From positions 246,705,741 to 246,769,740 of the forward strand of contig CM041465.1 in NCBI GenBank assembly GCA_023213395.1: a stretch of 64,000 nucleotides of DNA, written 5' to 3'. A program made the position numbers and the translations under genes. This document shows, in pieces, positions 28,560 through 41,700 of the stretch (position 1 is its first letter; the number at the start of each line of letters is the position of its first letter). The stretch is from Cycas panzhihuaensis (lineage: Eukaryota; Plantae; Cycadophyta). The notes beneath the pieces were generated by a model, which made no database searches, was not told the origin of the DNA, and saw only the letters and a list, made by a program, of their open reading frames with translations.

Positions 28560-29240
28560 CTATCATTTTGGTGATTCGATTTACTGCTTATCGATTCGGT
28601 TTGTGTAGTCCGGTTGTGCATGACGTCTCTTCGTCTCCTTTTGTTCGAATGGCATTTGGCTTTCATTTGGCGTACAATGGCGTCTCACCGTTCATTGTTT
28701 GTTGAATAGCACCACAACAATGTGTGATTTGGACTATTCTGTAAGTTATATCTTGGGGTTTCCGCTTTTGTGCGAGCCTGGCAGTTCCGTGTTCACTGGC
28801 TCGTCGTTTGGCGAAATCTTGCGTTAACGTTCATCTTCGTTCGTGCATTGTTTTGAGCGTTTTTGACTCTATTCTCTGTGCATATTCGTACTTGTAGACC
28901 TATCATGCTCTGGCATCTTTTTCGTGATACAAGGCTTGACTCACACCACCTGAAGCTAAGAACATCGAATGATATTGCCCAGATACAAAGCAAATGGGCT
29001 CCAACAGTTGTTGTCTCCCTTATTATTCCTGTAGTTGCTGAAGAAATGAAAGTACAAAGTCTTGATGGAGCTTGAAGCTGATCCGAAGCTTGTTTATCAT
29101 TGTGGGTTATCTCCTCGCCGTGTCTATGATTGATGTCTTGTTCGGCTGTGGTGATCTTATTCTTCTCGCCAGCTTCGTGTTGAAAGTCCTGCGGCCTGTG
29201 CTTTCGTGTATCCGATTACTTTGGTAACCTGACCACGCTA
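28560..29240 (+). promoter_or_regulatory. CpG-rich island, probable promoter/5' exon region of the SAP-CCCH gene
   Basis: Abundant CpG compared with the flanking CpG-depleted TE DNA; strong donor GTAAGT at 28741; lies ~2 kb upstream of the first recognised exon. Confidence 0.55.
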
Positions 29241-29583
29241 GGTGAATACAGTCTGAGACACCTATACCTAAGTATTGTTGGGTCTTAAACTGTTTGTTCA
29301 AGTAATTTATAAATGTGGATTAAACTCTTCACCGACAGTTGGAAACTGTCATCTGATAACTATTAGACCAACATCTCTTCCTCCATATCGTATGTAAGAA
29401 GTTACAGCAAAAGAAAAACAATGAAAGAGAAGCAAAGAAATCTCCACAAGTCATCAAGGCCAGAATCCCTGGGTCTAATGAATATCCAACAAAGAAAACT
29501 TAGATCATATGGGTAGCTTATTGAATCAAGATCCCACAATGTTGCAAGCCAAAACCAAAATCCTTCAATCGGTACAGTTCATT

Positions 29584-29863
29584 AGAAAATGGCTTTAAAG
29601 AGTTTGCTCTCAAAATAACAAGTTGTCTCTTACAAGGCTATTAATGCCTATTTATTCATTTCTCTCTCTTTTTCTGGAAGAGCAATTTGTTCAATATGCA
29701 GCTCTAGTCAAGACACTGACCAGAAAATGGCCTTAAAGAGTTTGCTCTCAAAATAACAAGTTGTCTTTTACAAGGCTATTAATGTCTATTTATTCATTTC
29801 TCTCTTTCTCTTTTTCTGGAAGAGCAATTTGTTCAATATGCAGCTCTAGACAAGACACTAACC
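29584..29863. repeat. ~140-bp tandem duplication
   Basis: AGAAAATGGC(T/C)TTAAAGAGTTTGCTCTC...CAAGACACT(G/A)ACC at 29584 and 29722. Confidence 0.9.
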
Positions 29864-30110
29864 AGGAATGTATTAACTTCAAATCAACATTGAAGCTTCC
29901 AAGTAACTTGTAAACAATCATCGATGTGTACACTTGTCCTTTCAATAACATTTCAGCATTCTACAAGGGACTTGATATTTTTTTCACTATTTCAATTGAA
30001 TCTTCATAGCATACTTGGTGTTTAAACACAATTGAAATCACCTACAAAACCTTGCTTGGCTCTTGAATTCACAAGTTGAAAAATTAATTGACAACTTGCA
30101 AAGTAACACT

Positions 30111-30410
30111 GCTCTGATACCAAATGAAATTTGATACAAGATTGAATGGAACCAAATAAGAGATAGCAACACAGGTTTCAGGTAGAATTAGTCTATTACA
30201 ATCAAGAATGACTCTCTATCAAACAATTGCAATCTTCTACACCTACAAGCAAGATCGATAACAGTCCAAACACAATCTGTACTGGCCTTATCATGTGTCA
30301 CAAATCCATTAAGGACTTTTTGTAACTCTTGACATGTGTCATCAAGTTAATGATGACTTAATGACTCACCAACCCATAATTTGACTTATGTAAACATTAA
30401 TTCTTAATCA
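30111..30410 (-). mobile_element. 5' LTR plus perfect PBS of the Copia-3 family
   Basis: LTR 30125-30410 homologous to 24098-24387; rc PBS GCTCTGATACCA at 30111-30122; outer flanks GTAAT and ACTTG do not form a TSD. Confidence 0.85.
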
Positions 30411-31093
30411 ACTTGTTCCTATAATCCTAGGACTTTTCTTTCAAGGTCTATTAAAGAATATGTGAGTGTCTTTCTTGTTTCTCTAGGCAACTTCCTTCAT
30501 CTTGGTTCTTCACCTAAGATCTTTGAACCTCAATCTCAACCCCTCAATTGTAGCATTCTTGTTATTGGGTATAATAACTAGAGATTTGTTAGGCAATTGT
30601 TTTACTGTGGAACTGTGATTAACCCACATGGGATTACTGCATTGTCAATATTGAACATTGGAATATAGGCATTGCTTTGAAACCTTTTTGTTGCCAAGGT
30701 GACTTTTGATTGTGGAAAGCGACTTGTTGGGCTTTTGAGTATGTTTTCGCAATAGGGTTGTCTATTCTCAATCCTTGCTTTCTTGATTTCAACAATTGGT
30801 ATTTCCAAATAAATTACAGGATTCTTTGCATTCTTGTATTTTCATTACTTCACTAATTTTCTTGGAGTTAGTGTTGTTTCCTATAGAATATATACGAAGG
30901 ATTTTTCTTAAAATTTTTTAAAGTCATTGCGAATTTTTCAAGTTCATTCATTTACATGGGTCATCTTCTTATTATTTTCATTCAAAATTATTTTCATCTG
31001 CAACAGTTTGTTCTAATATAGTGCTGCCAGATGGAAAAAATTATAGCAATTGTTAATGGGCTTGACACTTCTTAATGTCTGTATTGTCATTAG

Positions 31094-32722
31094 GAGGCAA
31101 GCTAGATAAATTGAAGGTGGATCAGTGCAAGGTGTACCTAAGGAAGTATGGATTGAGATTAACAGGAAAGAAGGCAGTTCTTATTGAACGAATTCGGGAG
31201 CACCTCGAGTATGTTATCAAGAAGAATATATCCTTATGAAAATAGCTTGTAAATTGTGTAAAGTGCTAAGCCTTTACCGTTTGTTGTTTTGTGTAGATAT
31301 ATTTTTTTCCTTTTTCAATTGAGTAAATGTAGGTGCATTGTATGTTTTCCCAAGGATAATACCCTATCCAAAATAGCTTATTGTTTGCTTTATGGTAAAC
31401 ATGGGGAAATATTGAATTTGTTTTCAGAACTTATACTTTCTTGGAATGTTATGACCATGTTCACAGGCATTTGGTTTATTTTGCATGCAATTTTATATAC
31501 TACTGTACTTTAATCTGATTTACAGTAGTTTGATGGTTTGACTTTGAATACAGAATAAAGGATGGTAGTGGTGAGAGAAAATACCCGAAATCAAGTTTTA
31601 TTCTTAATTGTCAAGGTGGGGACAAGATTTGAGTGTGGCATTTTGATGTGCGTTTAATGCATGTGCAAATATATTGCAAGATGCACGCTAAAGCAGAAGT
31701 TTTAGCTATGCTATATGTGCATCAGTTTTATAGACTGCTGGACAAGGTTCTATGATATAAGGTTGTCCCTATATAGTGCTGTGTATCTTATAAGATTTTG
31801 TTATCATACTTTGGACTGTCATGAGATTCATATTGCTATTGCTTATTGTTTTTTATTTTGTAGGTGATGCATGCACTGGAGATATTGTTATGTTTGAGCA
31901 GAATGTTTATGATATGTGAGTGAATGGTTTGCACTTAAGAATGTTTTGCTGTCAGTTGGTGTGCTACTTATCTTCTGTTAAAATGATGTCAGAATCTTTG
32001 ATTTTGTAGGTATAGCATTGTTTCAAGGAGTGCCACAGGTCCTTCAATTGGCACTCGGGTGGTTGTCGGTCGAATTGTGAAGGAGAGCTATGGGGCAGCC
32101 AAGCAACAGCATACTTTCACGGTAAGAGCAAAGAAGGTGTTCTAAGTGAAAATTTGAGTATGCTGTGCCTTTCGAGTATCCTTGTGGCTTTGCTTATTTT
32201 TTTTATTGTTTTGCTTTTGTATTATTGTGAACGGTCCAATTTGACTGCCTTTATTATAAATTCAAATACTGTCTCCATCATTCAGTCTCTGCAAAATCTG
32301 CTTTTGTGTACTACTCCAATTTGACTTCAAATTTTTTGAAAAATTGAATTGGCTTCATGATTCTTTCTTTGTGAATGTAAGGATTGAGGAAGTATGTATT
32401 GTCAATTGTCTTGAAGATTGAAGTCCTATGGAGCACAGGTGTGAAGCCATTGCTCCCATTACACCCCCTTCTCATCAAAGGTCGAAACCTTTATCGACTA
32501 AACACAGTCCGTCAGGTGCATCTGTTTCCTTGCATTTATTGGTTGCAGACTGTACTTATCTGAGGTGATTGCTATTTTCTTCCACGGATGATTGACATTT
32601 GTTTTATTGTAGCCTTGGTCAAATGAGGATGAAAGGAGGAAAGTGCTACAAGAAAAGCATTCTAGAGGATACCTTGCTCGTTGCACACGAGATACCAGAG
32701 TCAGAAATAAGGATCTTGGCAG
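31094..32722 (+). CDS. C3H62: Six clustered exons encoding the SAP domain and conserved central domain
   Basis: Exon lengths 115, 62, 52, 112, 99 and 110 bp splice without stops; absent from the ORF track because the exons are short. Confidence 0.9.
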
Positions 32723-35700
32723 GTGAGGTTTATTTTTTATTGCTCATTTTTGTTGTTGATGAATTGTTTGGTGATAAGATATTTAGGGCTATGTTATATT
32801 TGCAGTTTTTCTAATGCTTTGGAACCTTCACCCGGGATTCTAAAGAGTTGGGGCAGAAGTCCAATTTAGATTAAAATAACTTGAATTTTGTAACTATTCC
32901 CAACTGCTTATAGCATCGTTCCGAAGAAATTCATTGCCAAATTATTAAATTCACTACAGTGAATGTATTAAATATGTGGAGGTCCAATGTCTCCAAAGAA
33001 AATGTGACATTTTGAGTAGCCGATAATGGTCCTTTCTTTGGACTTTCTAGTACTAGGCTCCAGAAAATATTATATACTCCTGTTTTCTTGGCCTGTGTGA
33101 AAAGGTGAGTGGCAGCAAACAAATGGTGGATGGAAACCAATTTAAGTAATTATAATCTTTATTGAGATCACAAGATCTGATTGCTGATTTTACTCAAATT
33201 TATCTGGATCTGAACCTCCAAAAGAACAAAGTATTCTTCTCAACTCTTTTGATGAAATTGATTCAAAGTTGGAATGTATTGTGTTTGAGCTCATCCCATA
33301 ATGATACCACCTAATGCATCATCAAAAGTAACAGCAGATTTTATTGGAAAGATAAATGGACAGTAACTAAAAATCTGAAGCAATGACATGTTTAGCTAAA
33401 AATCTGAGGTAACGTGTTCTATTTACAAAGATTAATCTTAATAATCCTGAAATATCCCAAACAATGATGCAACAAATAATTGAAGAGTGTGCTTACACAT
33501 TTCTGCCAAATTCCCAGTTCCTTGAAAATGACATTGGAATGACAGCTGGACTGTCATAAATTCCAAAAACAGGGAGCACAAATTTCATTATCTTAAAAGA
33601 CTTAAAATGACCAGCGATTGAAAGTTGGCAGTCAAACATATTGTAATATAATCAAAACAAAATGAGGTGATGTAATATATAAAATGATATATAATATCAC
33701 ATTATATTATATACTCGGAAATAATAATCGTGGCAATTATTTGCCCCAGGCATGTATTAGTGTGTAATAGTAGTGAATGTTTAACACATGGTGGTAGGAG
33801 AGGGTGAGAATAACTCCTGAATTTCAATATTGACTATTGATGTGTGAATATTTTTGAAGCCATAGTTTAATTTAAATCCAAAATTAATTATGTTCTCCAC
33901 CCAAATATTGAATGATTGAAGTTTCAATGGTTATATGTTGAGCTCCTTCTTGTCACCCTCCTCAATGGAAGCAATAGAATAACAGCCCTTTTTGAGTCAA
34001 GGAGACCTCCAAAATGTTGTTAAGGTAGTTATCGCAAGTATAAAACCAAAACTAAGATGATTTTCCTTGAGTACAAAATAGGTATTTATAGTCACCTAGC
34101 TCAATCCTATCTTTTCCCTCCAAAATACCAACTTTCTAATTGAATATTAATTATTCCAATTCCTTTATAATATAACAAGCTCTCTCCACTGAGAAGATGT
34201 GTTTTGCCCTCAAAGCACTAAGATACTAGGTTTTGATGATGCCAACTTTTATCTTGCTAGGTAGCATTCTCTCCTCCCATGTTTTCCCATTGTACCGGAC
34301 ATTTCTTTGATTTTTCCTTGTTTGCAATTGTTTGGCCCTAGTATCAAGAATGCTTTCTGGTTGTAGTATTAGCGATCCTTCGTCATTGAGTTTTGGTAGA
34401 GTTATATGTAGTTTGATAATATTTTTTATCTTAAATTGATTTTGGTGAAGAGTTGTGCTTTGTGTAACAGCCAAGAGGTCATCAATCTATAGCATTAAGT
34501 AACAATTCTTTTGATTGTAGCCTCATGGGGTTGGGTGGATTGGTAAGATGTGGCGTTTACTAAGGAGATACCCAGGTTCAAAACCCATGAGAGCAAGTCA
34601 CTTCGCAGGGAAGTAGTCTGATCAACGTCTGCTATTACAAAGATAGTAGTCCGACCAAAGTCCGTTGAGTGTGCGCTAACTGTACAATGGTGGCATGAAC
34701 TCCAAGTGTGGCTAGTACAAAGGCAATATGAAAACCTAGATCCCGGGGGTCCTCTTTCCTTCGGAACATTGTACCAAGGGTGGCTACTAGATATCAAAAA
34801 AAAAAAACAAAAAAAAAACAAAGACAATTCTTTTGATTGTTACCTTAATGGCCACATCTAGTAGGAGCCATCCTTTTGGGCACTAATATCACTGAAGTAG
34901 TGAAAGGACTTTGGTTTGGAACAACTGCACTTTGATCTAATATGTAGATGCCTATAGGGTCAAAACATTATGGATGATGTGCCTAGTCTCAATGACATGT
35001 TTCATCCCTTGATTTGGTGGGAGTTCCCTGTTAAACTTCATGGAGAGCATTCAACCTCAACAACAATGAACAAGATCAATGAACAAAATGGAAATTGTAT
35101 TAACTCATATCAAAGATAACAACAACATACTATCACACCACGGTCTCAACAAGAGATTCCATGATGACTTCATGTGCCTACTCTACCTCACTCACCTATT
35201 TATACATCATAGGTGGGAATATGAAGGTGAGGTGAGTTACATGTGGGACATAAGACCTTTAATTTACCCAATGACTTTTCACCTTCTAATTGACCAGTGA
35301 CCTTTCAACTTCTTACATAACAATATTATAATATGAGACCCTTGAACTTTAACATAATACTTAGGACTATAACACTATTGATCTTAAGACACAACTTACA
35401 TCTCAATACATTAAACATTATCTTCTAACATCTCCCCTTAATGTTTAGTGTTAGGACTACAACAAATTGAATACCAAAGACATCATGACACCTAGTACGA
35501 CGAATTGATTGACACAAGACAGGACATGAAATATTTGAATTTGCAGTGTCTCAGTCTGGGAATCTTCCCGAAGAAGATGTCATAAGCTCGATGTGTAATG
35601 CAATAAAGCATTTTTACCCTGTGTGTCACAATTGTTCCATCATCTCGTGTTTTTTGCTTGATGACTATTACAATATCTGTGTGTCTTGATTGTAAGTGTG

Positions 35701-38700
35701 ATCTCTTTTGATTATTGTCTCTAGGATCAAATGTGACAACATATGGTTTGGATTTTAAGATTTCTATGAAACAACATTTATTTGTTTCTAAGGCAACAAG
35801 TATGATCAATTTCTCAAGCCAACAAACACTCTCTTGAAAGAAAAGGAGGAACAATGATTTTTTTCTTAGCTCCACAAGTGCAGGTGCTTGTCCTGATTCA
35901 ACAAAATACTTTGTTTTATTTTCATCATCCAAGGACGTGTCAAATATGATGAAAATTTCTGTCACAATCACATGTGCACGCTTTCCAACTATGTTTACAT
36001 AAAGATAGTATATCACCTCAACATGATTGATTTTCAAGCCTAAGTAACTTGCCCAAAATATACAACAATATTGGTGGACAAGATTTTTACCAAATAACAT
36101 TCCAACTATATCCTTCCTTTCTTTGAAGGAATCTTTCAGTGCCATTGCAAGATATGTTAACACAATTTGAATTCTTTGAAGGATAAGAACAGAAAATGCT
36201 ATCATATTGAATGTGACCGAATAGAGTTTTGTGCACATGCATACAATTGTGTGACCTGATAACATTTGGAAATAGACAATCAATCTATCAACAAAAATAA
36301 CTGTAATGTTCCCTAAACCTTTTATTAAGATAGCTGTGTCACCATAATGTACCACCTGTAACAGATGCTTCCTAAAATCATTTTTAGGTTTTTTAACCTC
36401 CACCCTTTTAGCAATTTGCAATGCAGTCTTCCCTTTCAACGCTGTGAGGCTCAAAGTGTTTGGTGAGATAATATTTTTCTCAATCATCAAATCATCATTT
36501 TTATCTTCTTCTTTAGATTTTAAATAGTGATTTCGGACCCATTTGTTATCTTAATACTTAGTTTATTTACAAGAATGTGCAGCAAGGGTTCACAATCATT
36601 ATGTTTACTTATTTCCTCAACAATAGAGGACTTATTTTGAGAGAACTTTATTTAAGGTTCGCACATCTTTTCAACTTCTTTAAGAACATCAGATGAGTCT
36701 ATGAGAATTTTATCCTTACCAGAATTAATTTGATTATTTGCATTCCCCCTTTTTGCTTTCCTTTTCAGTTTCTTTATCTGGTTTTTGGTCAGGCTATTGC
36801 ACATGGCTTGTGTTTTAAGAGTAATCTTCTTTCCTACTTCATCCTTGTTACCTGCATCACAAAATTTGTTTGCCCTTTTGATAGTCTCCTGCACTTCTTT
36901 AGGGCTTTTCTCATGCACTTTCTTCAACAAGTTCCAGGCCTCTTTAGCTGAGCCAATATTTTGAAGTGTATGAATAAGGAATTGGTAAGGAAAAGGAAGG
37001 TTTTCTTTGTTAAAAGTTGCAAGCATCACATCAATTGCTACTCTGTTCTTCTTCTTGAAGTTTTCTTCTCCTTCTTTTTTAATTAATGCACTACCATTAA
37101 GAATAATTTTCTATAATCTTTTACACTTGAATATACATTCCATTTTGATTGCCCAAAAACGAAATTTTGTTTCTATGTATTTAGGTAAGGAAAAAGGTTC
37201 ATTTGTCAACTAGTATTCATTCCTTTTAGCCATAAAAATAATGATGTCACTCAATTCCATGGTGTATGAAGGAGTTGATTAGAAAAACATTTTTCAAGAG
37301 TTATGTATGTACTTCAAAGTGATAGAATTCCAACAAATCAATAACAAATACCTTCAGATCATATGCCAAAATGACTATCTCTGAAATACGGTTTCAATGT
37401 TTCAAACAGTTTGGAAAATTAATGTGTGGATGGAAAGCAAAACATGTGGACACCTCTTTATGAAGAACAATTTATGTTGTGAGGAGATTAGCCCCTTTAA
37501 TGAATTGACAACTGGTCACATTAGTACTCTATATGATCACGGGCTTAACTATTAGGGGGCTAGTGGATTTCAAATATATTTCAGTTTTCTTTTTTCTTAA
37601 TTTGACCTTGCAAAAATAATAAAATATGCCTAATAAAATTTCATGTCTACAAATCCGAAAAAAAAAAACTTTCAATATGATTTGATTCAATTTTGAACTT
37701 TGAAAATTATTTACCCAAACCCATAACCTACAAACTCATACAACGATGGATGGATGAATTTCTTTTTCGATTTAATCTTGCTTCGAATGAGGGGGTGCAA
37801 CGATGGTGAAAATAGGAATTGAGGCGGGAGTTGTAGCATATTCCAAGTATTACTTCAATGAAGGCGATGCGATAGATCTGTTCGGGGTTTGGCCTATTAT
37901 AAACACCAAGTCTTCCCTACCTTCAAATCTGAAATCACAGGTCACTGACTAAGGAGGTCATAATGCTTCTTCACTCAGAGGCGATATCACAACAGCAGAG
38001 TGCAAGGAATGAATGGATGATTCGCAGTGCAAGGAATGAATGGATGATTCGCGGATCATCGAGGGTTGATTTCATTCGAGTGCCTATATATACTCAGGGT
38101 TTACTGACTATTGCCAGTCACCTCCCGTCCTTACGCATTTCCTCTCTTCGTTCACATTGTGTTGGGCTCTGCCTGTGCAAGTTTGAATCCTGCTATTGAT
38201 GCCACCTTCTATTTTCTTTTGTAATACTTTAATTTGCCTGCGATATTACTCATCCAACCTTTGTGCACGATCTTAGAGACAAGCAGACAATAATTAGGAT
38301 AGATTTCCATCATCAGTGGTTGCTTTGATAGTTTTCCCGTGGTGGTCGTAGGGTTCCACAATGTCCTTCTTGTGGTTATATCTCTTTTCAATAATTAATC
38401 CTAGTGAGTGGCTGGTAATTATTCCATAGGTTTTTTTAATGGTGGGGATCTTATAGTGGGTTGGTTATATGGACAATCGTCCCTTTCTTCCTGTTTCTAC
38501 AGGCAACCTCCTACCAAAGATAATTCCTTCACACAAGGTTAGTCACAATGAACAGAATCAAATCGGTGCAAAACTTACATATAGAATAGATGGCATATTC
38601 TGCAATAGACTTCCTATCTAGGGTATAAACCCTTAGATAGTTTTATCAGTGATTCTTTCTTCAGTCAACAGTTAACATGCTTTTCTTTATCTATGGGAAG

Positions 38701-41700
38701 TGGAATTTTTGTGGCTGATTCACAACTTTAGAAGGGCTAATATAGAAGACCCCTCCTTTTTCTTGCATGTATAGTTTATGAGTTTGGTAACTGACTCCAA
38801 ATTTAACCAATCAACTTCTCAACAAACCCTAACGGGTATCGGATCTTCACAGAATTCAACGACTAGCACTTTCTTCACATGTCACCCTTAATTTCAATTT
38901 CATCAATCAAAGATTTCATAATCTTTTTCTTATAACAAAATAAGAGAACAGAATTACCTGGTACAAATTCTGTCTCATATCACCATTTGGCACACCTTGC
39001 AATAGTGATGACTTTGGGACTTCACCTTCCCAATTCAAACCTTCAATCTGGCAACTAACTTAACTGAGCCACCTCCTCCCTTATTAAAACGTTGGCGAAC
39101 TTGCACAACAATAGCTTTAACATGCAACCTGCTCTGATACCATGTTAAACTTTCATATGGAGAGCATTCAACATCAACAATAATGAACAAGATCAATGAA
39201 CAAAATGGAAATTGTATTAACTCGTATCAAAGACAATAACAACATACTATCACACCACGGTCTCAACAAGAGACTCCATGATGATTTCATGTGCCTACTC
39301 TACCTCACTCACCTATACATAATGTATTGAGGTGTAAGTTGTGTCTTAGGGTCAATAGTGTTGTAGTCCTAAGTATTATGTTAGGGTCCAATATATTATA
39401 ATATTGTTATGTAAGAAGTTGAAAGGTCATTGGTTAGTTAGAAGGTGAAAAGTTATTGGGTAAGTTAAAGGTCTTTTGTCCCTCATGTAACTCACCTCAC
39501 CTTCATATTCCCATTTATGATGTATAAATAGGTGAGTGAGGTAGAGTAGGCACATAAAGTCATCATGGAGTTTCTTGTTGAGACTGAGGTGTGAAAATAT
39601 ATTGTTGTTGTCATCTTTGATACAAGTTAATATAATTTCCATTTTGTTCATTGTTGTTGAGGTTGAATGCTCTCCATGTGAAAGTTTAACATGGTATCAG
39701 AGCAGATTGCATGTTAAGGATGTTGTTGTGCAAATTCGCCAAGTTTTTTATAAGGGAGGAGGTGGCTCCGTTAAATCAGTTGTCAGATTGAAGATTTGAA
39801 TTGGGAAGGTGAAGTCTCAAAGCCATCACTGTTGCAACTTGTGCCAAGTGGTGATACAAGACAGAATTTGTATCTGGTAATTCTGTACCCTTATTTTGTT
39901 ATAAGAAAAAGATTATGAAGTCTTTGATTGATGAAATTGAAATTAAGGGTGACATGTGAAGGAAGTGCTAGTTGTTGAATTCTATGAAGATTTGATACTT
40001 GTTAGGGTTTGTTGAGGAGTTGATTGGTTAAATTTGGAGTCAGTTATCAAACTCATAAATTATGCATGCAAGAAAAAGGAGGGGTCTTCTATATTAGCCA
40101 TGTTAAAGTTGTGAATCAGCCATAAGAATTCCATTTACCATAGATAAACAAGAGCATGCTGATTGTTGATTGAAGGAAGAATCACCGATAGAACTATATA
40201 AGGGTTTATACCCTAGATAGGAAGTTTGTTGCAGAATTCGCCATCTGTTCTATATGCAAGTTTTGCACTTGTTTGATTCTGTTCATTGTGACCAATCTTG
40301 TGTGAAGGAATTATCTTTGGTAGGAGGTCACCTGTAGAAAGAGGAAGAAAGGGACGATTGTCCATATAACTAGCCAACTGTAAGAGTGTCTTTGCCATTA
40401 AAGAACCTGTGGAATAATTACCAGCCACTCACTAGGATTAATTATTGCAAAGAGATATAGCCACAAGAAGGACATTGTGGAACCCTACGACCACCACCGG
40501 AAAGTATCAGAGCTGCCACTAATGATGGAGGTCTGTCCTAACTGTTGCTTGTCTGTCTCTAAGATCGTGCACAAAGGCTGGATGAGTAATATCGTAGGCT
40601 GAACCCAACATAACGCGGACGAAGAGGAGAAATGCGCTAGGGCGGGAGGTGACTGGCAAGAGTTGGTAAACCGTAAGTACATACAATTGAATGAAGTCAA
40701 CTCTCGATGATCTGCGAATCATCCATTCATTCCTAACACTCTGTTGTTGTGATATCGCCCCTAAGTGAAGAAGCATTACGACCTCCTTAGTCTGCGGCCC
40801 ATGATTTTAGATTTGAAGGTAGGGAAGACTTGGAGTTTACGGCAGGCCAAACCCTGAACAGATCTGCCATGTCCCCTTCATTGAAGTAATACTTGGAATA
40901 TGCTACGACTCTTGCCTCAGTTCCTGTTTTCACCATTGTTGCCTCTTCATTCGAAGCAAGATTGAATCAAAAAAGAAATTCATCCGTTCACTGCCGTATC
41001 AGTTTGCAGGTTATGAGTTTGGATAATTATTTTTCAAAGTTCGAAATTGAATCAAATCAGATTGAAAGTTTTTTTTCGGATCTGTGAACATGAAATTTTA
41101 TTAAGTGGATTTAATTATTTTTTGCATAGTCAAAATTTAAAAAAGGTAAAATAAAATATGTTTGAAATCTGCTATCCTCTAGTGGTTAAGCCCTCAATCA
41201 TATGGTATATTAATGTGACCAACTATCAATTCATTAAAGGGGCTAATCTCCTAATAGCATAAGTTGTTCTTCATAAAGAGGTGTTTGCACATTTTACTTT
41301 GTATCTTTCCATCCAGGCATCCGTTTTCCAAACTGTTGGAGACATTGGAACTGTATTTCAGAGATGGTCATTTTGGCATATGATCTAAAGGTATTTGTTA
41401 TTGATTTGTTAGAGTTTTGTCAGTTTGAAGTAGATACATAACTCTTGGGAAATGTTTTTTTTGATCAACTCCTTCATACATCATGGAGTTGAGTGACATC
41501 ATTATTTTTATGTCTGAAAGAAATGAATATTGGTTGACAAATGAACCTTTTTCTTTACTTAAGTACATAGGGACAAATTTTCACTTTTGGGCAATCAAAA
41601 TGGAGTGTATGTTCAGGTGTGAAGGGTTATGGAAAATTATTTTTGTGATGGTACTACATTCTTTTTTTTTTGGTTTGGTTTAAATAAATGAGGGGATTAA

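Noticed and set aside
33300-33660. Possible PBS (rc TGATACCA) plus LTR remnant
   Set aside because: Termini and partner not identifiable
34495-34827. 110-aa ORF
   Set aside because: Antisense reading of the SINE and its A-tail
35079-35300. Repeated ~73-aa ORF MNKMEIVLTH.. (also at 39427-39651 and 49680-49901)
   Set aside because: It lies antisense within the LTR copies; recurrence reflects LTR repetition, not a gene family
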